Below, piece by piece: positions 1 to 8,996 of a stretch of 64,000 bases of DNA. Location of the stretch: contig CAWCUS010000005.1 of assembly GCA_963798845.1 (NCBI GenBank), positions 339,402 to 403,401 on the forward strand, read 5' to 3'. The number at the start of each line of letters is the position of its first letter. Positions within the stretch are counted from its first letter, which is position 1. The position numbers were made by a program, and so were the translations under genes. The notes under the pieces are model-generated. The model was not told the origin of the DNA and searched no databases. It was given only the letters and a program-made list of their open reading frames with translations. This DNA is from an uncultured Gemmatimonadales bacterium. GTDB taxonomy: Bacteria; Gemmatimonadota; Gemmatimonadetes; Longimicrobiales; RSA9.

Positions 1-188
1 GGCTGGAGCCCGGTGGTCGCCGCGAGCCAGGCCCGGCCCGCGTCGCCCGGCAGGTCGGCCAGGACGTGCACCTTGGTGTCTCCCGCGCCGATCGACGGCG
101 CCAGCTCCAGGGTCAACGGTGTGCTGTCCTCGGCCAGGATCCACCAGGTGAGGCCATCCGATGCCGCTCTTCCCGGGACGATGAGCAT
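1..188 (-). CDS. Partial CDS running off the window start (MLIVPGRAASDGLTWWILAED...), function unknown
   Basis: ATG at 188 preceded by an AGGAG RBS; frame open to the window edge with GC3-biased codons; not in the ORF track. Confidence 0.55.
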   Translation of the reverse strand, partial: MLIVPGRAASDGLTWWILAEDSTPLTLELAPSIGAGDTKVHVLADLPGDAGRAWLAATTGLQ

Positions 189-438
189 GAGAGATCTCCT
201 GTCGGCGGAGGTCCGGCTCCGGTGCGCGAAGGGGTGCGGGCTGCGCAGCGCGGGATACCGAAAGCACGGCTGAAGGCTGGAACGTCCGGAGCCAGTGATA
301 GGGGCGCGGCGACCGCCGTGCAAGGGGGACGTTCCGGACGCCTCCGCCTCGGCGCGCCGGCCCGCCCGGTTGACACGCGGACCCCGGCCGGAGAACAATG
401 AGAAATTCCGCCTGTCTCACAGAAGCCCAGGAACTCCC

Positions 439-1299
439 ATGATCGCTCGCCGCACCCTGTCCGTACCCGCGCTCGTCGTTCTGCTCGCCACGCTGGCGCC
501 GCCAGCGGCGCGCGCCCAGACGGCGGCCCAGGTCTTCCAGACGGCCATGGACCGCTACGCCAGCCGCATGAAGGGGATCGAAAGCTATACCGTCGTGCAG
601 GACATGATGGGATTCGAGACCACCACGTACCATTCGCGCGTCGAGGGGAGCGATCCGCCCATCTACGACACCAAAGTGGTCATCGCGGGGCAGGACCTCT
701 CCAGCCTGAGCCCCGCGCAGAAGGAGCAGGCCCGGAGCCCGGACATGAGCGAGCTCTATCCCGAGCTGGCGAAGCGCGCCAGCCTGAAGGGGAGCGAGTC
801 TGTGGACGGCCACGAAACGTACGTGATCGAGATCGACGACCTCTCCGGGATCTCCGTGTGGCAGCAGTCCGGTGAGGCGGGCCAGAGCTTCGAGCCGAAG
901 ACCATGACCATGTACCTGGACAAGGACCAGTACGTCCCTCGCCGGGTCAGGATCGAGGGCAGCACGGACATGAACGGCAAGAAGAGCGACATCACCATGG
1001 TCATGAACGCGGGCGACTACCGGGAGGTCGAGGGGCTGCTCTATCCGTTCCACACGACCATGCACATGGAAGGGATGGAGAACGCCATGAGCCCCGAGGA
1101 CCGGGCGCAGGCGCAGGAGTCGCTGGACCAGATGGAGGAGCAGATGAAGAACATGCCCGAAGCCCAGCGGAAGATGATGGAGAAGATGATGGGCGGGCAG
1201 ATGGAGAAGCTGAAGCAGATGGTCGGCGGCGGCGGGATGGACATGGAAGTGAGCGTGAAGGATGTGAAGGTGAACACGCCGCCTCCCGCGGAGGGGTGA
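439..1299 (+). CDS. Secreted hypothetical protein (possibly DUF4412/LolA-like fold) with Met-rich C-terminus
   Basis: Signal peptide MIARRTLSVPALVVLLATLAPPAARA|Q; strong coding bias; family call tentative. Confidence 0.7.
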   Translation: MIARRTLSVPALVVLLATLAPPAARAQTAAQVFQTAMDRYASRMKGIESYTVVQDMMGFETTTYHSRVEGSDPPIYDTKVVIAGQDLSSLSPAQKEQARSPDMSELYPELAKRASLKGSESVDGHETYVIEIDDLSGISVWQQSGEAGQSFEPKTMTMYLDKDQYVPRRVRIEGSTDMNGKKSDITMVMNAGDYREVEGLLYPFHTTMHMEGMENAMSPEDRAQAQESLDQMEEQMKNMPEAQRKMMEKMMGGQMEKLKQMVGGGGMDMEVSVKDVKVNTPPPAEG

Positions 1300-1374
1300 C
1301 GCGGCGCGCAGCGACACGGATCGGGGAGTGAGGCCGCCCGGGACCTGGCGGAGTCGGGCTGCACTGCCCGCGCC

Positions 1375-2592
1375 TCACTCGTCGCCGGGAACCGGGAAGC
1401 GCTGGGCGGCCCAGGTCGCGGTGACGCCGTGGACCGTGACGGACGCGGCGATGACCAGGCTGGTGATGTTCCACAGCCCGTGAACGCCGAGGCGGCGCGT
1501 CGCCAGGAACGTGTAGTAGATCGACGCCACGCCGATCGGGCCGAACCACCCCACGAAGAGGATCTGCGGGAGCGTCCTGATCCGCGGCATGGCGGGGGCC
1601 AGGGCGAAGGTCGCCGGGAGGCGGCGGAGGAAGAGGACGGAGGCCGCGAACGCGAAACCCTTCCACCCCAGGGCGGCCCACGCGCCGAACGGCAGCGTGG
1701 CCCCGAGCACGATGAACACCGGCGTCGTGAAGAAGCGGGTCACGGCTTCCTGGACCCGCTTTTTCGATTCGTCCGCTTCGGTGACCTGGCGATCGAACGC
1801 GAGGCCGCCGGCGAACACGGCCAGGATGTCGTCGCTCCCGATGAGCTTCGCGGCGCCGAGGATGATGAGGGCGAGGGCAAGGCTGTACATGAGGATGGTG
1901 GGCGGATCCATGTGCTCGCTGCTGTCCGCCCACTCCCACGCCCGACCGGCGACGTAGCCGAGACCGGCCCCCACGGCCACCGCCGCGCCCACCTCCCAGA
2001 GCACCACCCGCACGAACCACTCGTACGGCACCGCGGCGACGCCGTCGCGGAGGACCACGATCGAGAGCAGGACGAGCGGGAGCGCAAGGCCGTCGTTGAG
2101 CCCTGACTCGGCCGAAAGGCTGTGGCGCACGTCTTCGGGCACCCGCTCCTCGGCCACGTGCCCGGTGACGATTGCCGACGCGATCACCGGGTCCGTGGGG
2201 GCCAGGATCGCCCCGACCAGCGCCGCGACCCAGAACGGGAGGCCGAGAATCCACCAGGCGAGGAGGGCCGTGACGGCCCACGCCACCGGCATGACCCCCG
2301 CGAGCAGGAGCGCCAGCGGCCGCTTCAACGCAGCCATGGCGCCGCGGGGGAGACGCATGGCGATCTCCACCAGGCCGAACGCGAGGGTGAAGCGCGCCAC
2401 CTGCTCGAGGAGAACGTCGTGATTCGCCCAGTTCTCGGGCGTGACGGCGCCCGTCACCGGGCCGAGCAGGATCCCGGCGATCATCGCCGTGAGCGGGCCC
2501 GCCACGAACGTGCGGGAGAAGACGGAAGCGAACAGCCCGATGAGCAGGACGGCAAGGCCGGCGAACGCCAGGATCTGGTTCAGCTCGTTCAA
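1375..2592 (-). CDS. CPA1/NhaP-type cation:proton antiporter
   Basis: About 12 TM segments; LAPTDPV, AESGLNDG and GWFGPIG motifs; start taken at TTG 2592 (ORF extends to 2643). Confidence 0.9.
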   Translation of the reverse strand: MNELNQILAFAGLAVLLIGLFASVFSRTFVAGPLTAMIAGILLGPVTGAVTPENWANHDVLLEQVARFTLAFGLVEIAMRLPRGAMAALKRPLALLLAGVMPVAWAVTALLAWWILGLPFWVAALVGAILAPTDPVIASAIVTGHVAEERVPEDVRHSLSAESGLNDGLALPLVLLSIVVLRDGVAAVPYEWFVRVVLWEVGAAVAVGAGLGYVAGRAWEWADSSEHMDPPTILMYSLALALIILGAAKLIGSDDILAVFAGGLAFDRQVTEADESKKRVQEAVTRFFTTPVFIVLGATLPFGAWAALGWKGFAFAASVLFLRRLPATFALAPAMPRIRTLPQILFVGWFGPIGVASIYYTFLATRRLGVHGLWNITSLVIAASVTVHGVTATWAAQRFPVPGDE

Positions 2593-2724
2593 CGCCCCGA
2601 AGCTCCAGTGCGGTCGGTCTCCATGAGCGCGCGTCCGCTGCAAGGACCGGACGACGGGAGCGTGATGAGGCCGTAGCGGTGAAAGGCTGTGGCGCCGGGG
2701 TCCCCGGCAGGCGAGGCGGTTGGG

Positions 2725-3105
2725 CTAGCGGGTCGCCACGACCCTCCGGCCACAGCCGGCGAGGCGGGTGACGGTGGCCACCAGGTCGGAAAACACCGGC
2801 GGTTTCACGAAGACGGCGGCGTGGTTGGGCTCGGCCGCACCCAGCTCCTCGGCGAGCGCGCGGGCGGTCACCACCACGAAGGGGATGGCGGCCGTGCGAG
2901 GGTCTGCCTGGAGCGCCGCGTGGAGCGTCGTGCCATCCGCCAGCTGGAGGGGGTGCTCGCCCACGATCACCGCCGGCCCGTCGCGCAACGCCGCGGCGAG
3001 GGCGGCGTCCGCATCGGCGGCGGTGACCACGTCATGGCCGGCCGCTCCGAGGAAGAGGGAGAGGATCGTCCGCATGTCGCGATCTGGGTCGACGACGAGA
3101 ATCAC
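2725..3105 (-). CDS. Single-domain response-regulator receiver (atypical)
   Basis: VILVVDPD...VVTA...FVKP receiver pattern at the 3' end of the 2725..4479 shadow ORF; the phosphoacceptor position reads Glu (PAVIVGEH). Confidence 0.7.
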   Translation of the reverse strand: MILVVDPDRDMRTILSLFLGAAGHDVVTAADADAALAAALRDGPAVIVGEHPLQLADGTTLHAALQADPRTAAIPFVVVTARALAEELGAAEPNHAAVFVKPPVFSDLVATVTRLAGCGRRVVATR

Positions 3106-3348
3106 CGGAGTCCCCGGCTGTGAAGGAAGCCGCCGCGGCGAGGGCCGCCGGCGGCCAGGGTGGCCACTCGACAAAAATAGAATCGTGCGTCGGCCGGCGC
3201 CATGACGACGTTGCCCCGGCCGGACCCGGAGTCGACTCGCCTGCGACCGTTGGGACGCCGCCGATGTCCCCGCCCCGGCTTGCCCCGGCGCCGCGGCCGC
3301 CGGACATTGTCGCGGACACCAGCCCGCGAACTGCCCGGAGGACCGATC

Positions 3349-5343
3349 ATGACGATGAAGGAGTCGCCCCGCATCCCGCTGCTCCCGACCTCCCTCGCCC
3401 TCGTCGCCGCGCTCCTGGCGCCCTGCGCCGCGGCGGCGCAGCAGCCCTCCGGACTGCCCAGCGAGACGCCGGAACGCTTCACCCCCGTCACCTCCAGCTT
3501 CGACTACGAGCGCCGCGACGTCATGGTCCCGATGCGCGACGGGGAGAAGCTCCACACCGTGATCCTCGTGCCGAAGGGGGCGACGCGCGCGCCCATCCTG
3601 CTGACGCGCACGCCGTACAACGCCACCGCGCTGACGAGCCACGCGGCGAGCCCGAACCTGGGGCCGATCCTCCAGGGCTACGACAACGCCACCGACGTGA
3701 TCGTGGACGGCGGCTACGTCCGCGTGGTTCAGGACATCCGGGGAAAGTGGGGGTCCGAGGGCGACTACGTCATGAACCGCCCGCTGGTGGGCCCGCTCAA
3801 TCCCACCGAAGTGGACGAGTCGACCGACACCTACGACACCATCGACTGGCTGATCAGGAACATCCCCGAGAGCAACGGCCGCGTCGGCATCCTGGGCATC
3901 TCCTACGACGGCTTTCTCCCGCTGATGGCGCTGGTGAACCCGCACCCGGCGCTGAAGGTGGCCGTGCCGATGAACCCGATGGTGGACGGCTGGCGCGGCG
4001 ATGACTGGTTCCACAACGGCGCCTTCCGGCAGCAGATGATGCCCTACGTGTACGAGCAGGAAGCGTCGCGTACGAACGACTACGCCTGGTGGAGCGGCCA
4101 CTACGACGACTACGACCTCTACATGGAGGCCGGGTCGGCGGGCGCGCTGGCGAAGAGCCACGGGCTGGATCAGGTGGGTTTCTGGAGGAAGATCGTCGCC
4201 CACCCGACCTACGACGCGTGGTGGCAGCAGCAGGCCATGGACAGCATCCTCGGCGCGCAGCCGCTGACGGTGCCGGTGATGCTGGTGCACAGCCTGTGGG
4301 ACCAGGAGGACATCTACGGCGCCCCCGCGGTCTACGACGCGATCGAGGCGAAGGACGCCCACAACGACATGGTCTACCTGGTCATGGGACCGTGGCACCA
4401 CGGCGGCGAGATCGGCGACGGCAGCACCCTCGGCGCGCTCCGCTTCGGCAGCGATACCGGCCTCTTCTTCCGCCAGCACGTCCTCGCCCCGTTCCTCGCC
4501 CGCTACCTGAAGGACGATGGAACGACCGCGACCGATGGCGACATGGGCGGCCTGGCCGACCAGGACGTCGCGCCCGTGACCGCCTTCGTGACCGGGGAGA
4601 ACCGCTGGGAGCGGCTCCCCGCGTGGCCGGCCGGGTGCGCCTCCGGGTGCGCCGTGACGCCCACCCCGCTTTACCTGGAGCCGGAGCTGAAGCTGGGCTT
4701 CGACGCGCCGCGGAAAGGCGCCGCCGCCTACGACGAGTACGTCAGCGACCCGTCCAGGCCGGTGCCCTACCAGCCGCGGCCCAGCAGGCCCGCCAGCGGG
4801 CCCGTGTGGCAGGACTGGCTGGTGACCGACCAGCGCCCCGCGTCCGGGAGGCCGGATGTGCTCACGTACGTTTCCGACGTGCTGACGGACCCGGTGCGGA
4901 TCGCGGGCCGGCCCGCGGCCAACCTGGTGGCGTCCACCAGCGGGACCGACTCCGACTGGGTGGTCAAGCTGATCGACGTGTACCCGGACGAAGTGGCGGA
5001 GCAGCCGGAGATGGGCGGGTTCCAGCTCATGGTCTCGGGCGACATCTTCCGCGGCCGCTACCGCGAGAGCCTCTCACGGCCGGAGCCGATCGCGGCGGGC
5101 AAGCCGCTGACGTACAGGTTCGCGCTGCCCACGGCGAACCACGTCTTCCGGCCGGGGCACCGGATCATGGTGCAGGTGCAGTCGAGCTGGTTCCCGCTCT
5201 ACGACCGCAACCCGCAGACGTTCGTGGAGAGCATCTTCGACGCTCAGCCGGACGATTTCGTGAAGGCGACCCAGCGCGTCTGGCACGCGCCGGGCAGCGC
5301 CAGCTTCATCGCGCTCCCGCTGGTGGTGCCGCCGGGGCGGTAA
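3349..5343 (+). CDS. CocE/NonD family hydrolase (alpha-amino acid ester hydrolase / glutaryl-7-ACA acylase-like), secreted
   Basis: Signal peptide; LTRTPY, QDIRGK, nucleophile GISYDG, GDDWFHNGAFR and GPWHHG motifs. Confidence 0.92.
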   Translation: MTMKESPRIPLLPTSLALVAALLAPCAAAAQQPSGLPSETPERFTPVTSSFDYERRDVMVPMRDGEKLHTVILVPKGATRAPILLTRTPYNATALTSHAASPNLGPILQGYDNATDVIVDGGYVRVVQDIRGKWGSEGDYVMNRPLVGPLNPTEVDESTDTYDTIDWLIRNIPESNGRVGILGISYDGFLPLMALVNPHPALKVAVPMNPMVDGWRGDDWFHNGAFRQQMMPYVYEQEASRTNDYAWWSGHYDDYDLYMEAGSAGALAKSHGLDQVGFWRKIVAHPTYDAWWQQQAMDSILGAQPLTVPVMLVHSLWDQEDIYGAPAVYDAIEAKDAHNDMVYLVMGPWHHGGEIGDGSTLGALRFGSDTGLFFRQHVLAPFLARYLKDDGTTATDGDMGGLADQDVAPVTAFVTGENRWERLPAWPAGCASGCAVTPTPLYLEPELKLGFDAPRKGAAAYDEYVSDPSRPVPYQPRPSRPASGPVWQDWLVTDQRPASGRPDVLTYVSDVLTDPVRIAGRPAANLVASTSGTDSDWVVKLIDVYPDEVAEQPEMGGFQLMVSGDIFRGRYRESLSRPEPIAAGKPLTYRFALPTANHVFRPGHRIMVQVQSSWFPLYDRNPQTFVESIFDAQPDDFVKATQRVWHAPGSASFIALPLVVPPGR

Positions 5344-5391
5344 GGCGCGCCAGGCGGAGCCGTGCTCTGACGCGCCGGCCCCCGGCTCACA

Positions 5392-6342
5392 TCAGCGGGA
5401 CCGGAGCCACTCCAGGACGGTGCGGTCGAACGCTTCCGGCTGCTCGATCATGGAGAGGTGCCCGGCGTCGTCGATCGCTCTGAGCGTGGCGTTCGGGATC
5501 CGCTTCGCCCCTTCCTCGAACACCGCCCGCGCGAAGCCAGGGTGGAGATAGGGGTTGGGGATGAGCTGGTCGTGCTCCCCGTAGACGATCAGCGTGGGCT
5601 GCCGGATGCGGTCCAGGTAGCCGGTGGTCGGCTCGTCGATCATGGCGGCCACGCTCTTCCGCACCGCGTCGGCGAAGCGGTCGAACTCGTCCGACTTCGC
5701 GAGCCTCGCCCGCTCTTCGACCATCCATTCCAGGCGGTCGTCCCAGGCGTTGAAGTTGAGGGAGAGGTTCCGGCGGATCGCATCCTCCGGCGTCTTCCGG
5801 ATCGCTTCGATGGTGTACACGTTCCGAAGCCACCTGGCCTCGCCCGGCCCGAAGGTCTCGATCCCGGCGGGGTCCACGAGCACGAGCCGGTCCACCGCTT
5901 CGGGAAACTCGAGCGCGGCGATCATGGCGATCTGGCCGCCCATCGACTGCCCGACCAGCGTCACGTTCTCGAGATGGAGATCGTCGATGAGCCGGCGGAG
6001 GGTCGCCGCCTGGAAGCTGAGCGAGTAGGAGTAGTCGCCGCTCTTCTGGGAGCGGCCGTAGCCCGGCAGGTCCACCGCGACGACGCGGTAATGCTCCGCC
6101 AGCGCCGCAATGTTGTAGCGCCAGAAGCCCAGGTTCGAGGCGAGCCCGTGGACGAGGATGAGCGTCTCGGGTCCCGAGCCTTCATCCACGTAGGCCACCC
6201 GCGGGTTCTCCAGCGCGTAGCGCACGGGGAAGCCGTAGTCGAGCTCCGAGAACGGGAGCGGCTCGGCGTCCCGATACCGGAAGCCACCCACGCAGCCGGC
6301 CAGGCCAAGGGCGGCGGTCAGCACAAGCAGGGTGTGTCGCAT
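5392..6342 (-). CDS. Lipoprotein alpha/beta-fold hydrolase (esterase/lipase-like)
   Basis: Lipobox LAGC; HGL oxyanion motif, DLPGYGRS, nucleophile GQSMGG, catalytic AGH. Confidence 0.9.
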   Translation of the reverse strand: MRHTLLVLTAALGLAGCVGGFRYRDAEPLPFSELDYGFPVRYALENPRVAYVDEGSGPETLILVHGLASNLGFWRYNIAALAEHYRVVAVDLPGYGRSQKSGDYSYSLSFQAATLRRLIDDLHLENVTLVGQSMGGQIAMIAALEFPEAVDRLVLVDPAGIETFGPGEARWLRNVYTIEAIRKTPEDAIRRNLSLNFNAWDDRLEWMVEERARLAKSDEFDRFADAVRKSVAAMIDEPTTGYLDRIRQPTLIVYGEHDQLIPNPYLHPGFARAVFEEGAKRIPNATLRAIDDAGHLSMIEQPEAFDRTVLEWLRSR

Positions 6343-6353
6343 GGTCCGCCTCA

Positions 6354-7928
6354 TCAGAACATGAGCCAGCTGAGGGTGAAGAACACCGTCCACGGATCGT
6401 CCGGACGGCCGGGCTGGTCGGAGAGCGTGACGCCGGGTGCGTCGTAGAAGTCACCCAGCTTCAGGTACGCGGCGCTCAGACCGGCGGTCAGGAAGACCTT
6501 CAGGTTGTACTTCGCCTCGAAGTTCACCTCGGTCCCTATGTAGCTGCCGCCGCCGGACGGGGTGATGTTGGACACCGCCGAGGCGAGGCCGACCTTCGTG
6601 TTGAAGCGGTTGGGTATCCAGTCGCGGGCCAGGTTCATCGACCCGCCCGTGACGCCGAGCCCCATGTTCGAGATGTCGTGGACGGCCGAGTAGTACCGGT
6701 TCACGACCTGAGGGTCCGGGAACAGGAGGAAGGCCCGGTGGGCGCTGTAGATGCCCACGGGCGAGCCCCACACGTTTCCGGTGATCACGCTGTTGACCTT
6801 GCCATCCGTCACCCCGTTGCCGTCGCCGGTGGTGAAGATGAGCTCGGCCCAGGCCTTGTCCCCGGAGGTCATGCCCCAGCGGTAGGCGAGGGACGCGTTG
6901 GCGGCCAGACCGAGGATGTCGGCGGCGTGCCCGAAGTCGCCTGCGGCCAGCGTGTCCACCACGCCCACGTTGGCGATGGCGAACGCGTCGGCCCACCAGC
7001 GGCCCTCGAGGAACTCGCGGTTGTACGCCACCCGGCCGCCGAGCCACCCGATGTCGGCGTGGTAGTGCGTGGGGATGTCGAGCTGTACCGCGCCGTTGTA
7101 CTCGGCGAGCTGGCTGGAGAGGCCCTGGCTCAGGATGGAGATCCCGCCCGCGCCCTCGCCGCGATCGCGCAGGTACCAGGCGTCGAGCCCCACTTCCAGC
7201 CTGGGCGCCAGGTGGGTGTCGACGTCGCCCATGAGGAGGATGACGTCGTCGTCCTTCCCCACCAGGTTCTCCCACAGCTGGTAGAAGCCCAATCGGCCGC
7301 GCACGCCGGGTCGGATGACGCCGAACAGGTTCGCCCCGACGGCGTTGGTGCCCCAGAACGCGAGCTTGTAGCCGCTGAGCTGCGCGGTCTGGAGGGAGAT
7401 GTTGTTGGGGTCGTAAGCGTTGTCGTACAGGCGCTGGAGCCCCACCACGACGTTCCAGGGCGCGTCCTTCGGGTGCAGGTCCACGTTGGCCATGAGCGTC
7501 TGCAGGTTGATCTGCGCGCCGTTGATCCCGCCGCCGCGGTTCCCGCCCACTCCGTACGCCTGGTCGCCCCAGGTGTAGTCGATCTTGAACATGGTCCGGA
7601 AGGTGGCGAATCCGTCGAGTATCGCCGGCCGGTAGACCAGGTAGGGGACGTAGCGCTGCTCCACGTAGCTGGCCACGCGCGGGATCGTCTCCGTGGAGTT
7701 GCGGCCGAACAGACGGCCGATCACCTGGCCCTGGAGGATCTCGTTGGTGGGGGCGACGTTGGAGCCGGTCGCCCGGGTGAAGCTGTAGCCGATGAACGTC
7801 CACTCCTTCGGCACCGAGTCCTTCACCGCCGCGAGGCTGTCGAGCCGGGCGTGGAGGCCGCCCAGCTGCGCGCTGGCGGGGGAGGCCGCGACGACCAGCA
7901 TCAGCGCCGTCGCCTTCAGAATCCGCAT
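6354..7928 (-). CDS. Putative outer-membrane beta-barrel protein, uncharacterised
   Basis: Signal peptide (ASPASA|Q); alternating aromatic/Gly beta-strand pattern; C-terminal FTLSWLMF BAM-type motif. Confidence 0.75.
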   Translation of the reverse strand: MRILKATALMLVVAASPASAQLGGLHARLDSLAAVKDSVPKEWTFIGYSFTRATGSNVAPTNEILQGQVIGRLFGRNSTETIPRVASYVEQRYVPYLVYRPAILDGFATFRTMFKIDYTWGDQAYGVGGNRGGGINGAQINLQTLMANVDLHPKDAPWNVVVGLQRLYDNAYDPNNISLQTAQLSGYKLAFWGTNAVGANLFGVIRPGVRGRLGFYQLWENLVGKDDDVILLMGDVDTHLAPRLEVGLDAWYLRDRGEGAGGISILSQGLSSQLAEYNGAVQLDIPTHYHADIGWLGGRVAYNREFLEGRWWADAFAIANVGVVDTLAAGDFGHAADILGLAANASLAYRWGMTSGDKAWAELIFTTGDGNGVTDGKVNSVITGNVWGSPVGIYSAHRAFLLFPDPQVVNRYYSAVHDISNMGLGVTGGSMNLARDWIPNRFNTKVGLASAVSNITPSGGGSYIGTEVNFEAKYNLKVFLTAGLSAAYLKLGDFYDAPGVTLSDQPGRPDDPWTVFFTLSWLMF

Positions 7929-7970
7929 TTTCTCACGCTCGCCGTTGAGGGGAGTTCAGGATTCCCGCGC

Positions 7971-8009
7971 GCGGGGTGGGGTGCGCCGGACCGGCGCATC
8001 CCCACCCGC
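7971..8009. other. Strong GC-rich intergenic hairpin inside the operon
   Basis: GCGGGGTGGGGTGCGCCG-GAC-CGGCGCATCCCCACCCGC; no U-tract. Confidence 0.6.
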
Positions 8010-8036
8010 CTCCGCGCGCGACGGATTCGATCCAGG

Positions 8037-8531
8037 TCAGCGCTTCTGGTAGTGCTGCACGTACGCGTCGGTGCTCTGGCCCGCGATGGTCGTGCTGCCG
8101 AAGCCGCCGGCCACGGTGGGCGCGGTGACGCCCTGGAGCGCCGGCTCCACCTGGATCACCTCGTACGCCATGCGGCTCCCGGTCACCTGGAAGATCCCCT
8201 GCGCCGTGAGGGCGCTCGGCTGGATCTGGTTGGCGACCACGGACCGGATCTGCCCCTCCGGCTGGGTGCCGGCCTGCCACGTGCCGGTCAGCGTCGCCTG
8301 GCTGCCGCCGGCGTAGTTGATCACCGTGTAGGTCTGGTCCTCGTTGAAGGTGGCCAGGATGCTGTCCACGCCCACCGCCGCGAGACCCGGGGCGACGTCG
8401 GCGCCCTTCGACACCCACGTGCCCACCAGCTCGTCCGCCTGCTGCTCGTTGTCCGTCGAGTCCTCGCTCCCGCACGCCGCCAGGCCGAGCCCGGCCAGCA
8501 CCAGCACCGCAAGCACCACGTTCTTCCTCAT
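8037..8531 (-). CDS. Lipoprotein, lipocalin-like beta-rich protein
   Basis: Lipobox LAAC after MRKNVVLAVLVLAGLG; GTW motif; GGAG-type RBS. Confidence 0.75.
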   Translation of the reverse strand: MRKNVVLAVLVLAGLGLAACGSEDSTDNEQQADELVGTWVSKGADVAPGLAAVGVDSILATFNEDQTYTVINYAGGSQATLTGTWQAGTQPEGQIRSVVANQIQPSALTAQGIFQVTGSRMAYEVIQVEPALQGVTAPTVAGGFGSTTIAGQSTDAYVQHYQKR

Positions 8532-8566
8532 GTGACTCCCCTCCGTTGATTGAATACGACTCCGCT

Positions 8567-8995
8567 TCATGCACGCCTCGGCATGACCACCGACTCACCT
8601 TCCGCCACCACCGTGCCGTCCTGGTTCACGCACCGCGTCGCCAGCGTGACGCGGTTGCGCTCGCGCTCGAGCGCCGCCACCTCCGCGCGCGCCGTGACGG
8701 TGTCGCCGAGATGCACCGGCGCGGTGAAGCGCAGGCTCTGCGACACGTAGATCACGCCCGGCCCCGGCAGCTTCATGCCGATGACCGTGGAGATGAAGGC
8801 GGCCGTGAGGATGCCGTGAGCGATGCGCTGGCCGAAGCGCGACGAAGCGGCCGCCACGGCGTCCACGTGCACGGGGTTGAAGTCGCCGGTGATCCCGGCG
8901 AACGCGTACACGTCGCTCTCGGACACCGTCTTGGTGAACTCCGCCGCCTGCCCCACCTCCAGCCGGTCGATGGTCAGGCCGTCCATCCTGTCCAT
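8567..8995 (-). CDS. MaoC family (R)-specific enoyl-CoA hydratase (PhaJ-like)
   Basis: FAGITGDFNPVH...IAHG hydratase-2 motif; LPGPG and FTAPV. Confidence 0.92.
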   Translation of the reverse strand: MDRMDGLTIDRLEVGQAAEFTKTVSESDVYAFAGITGDFNPVHVDAVAAASSRFGQRIAHGILTAAFISTVIGMKLPGPGVIYVSQSLRFTAPVHLGDTVTARAEVAALERERNRVTLATRCVNQDGTVVAEGESVVMPRRA

Positions 8996-8996
8996 C

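Noticed and set aside
3106..4479. Long shadow ORFs (2725..4479, 6678..8549, 14411..16753, 32076..34802, 42063..44651, 60882..63641 and others)
   Set aside because: Antisense or off-frame to well-supported genes, Arg/Gly/Pro-rich and without motifs; expected at this GC content
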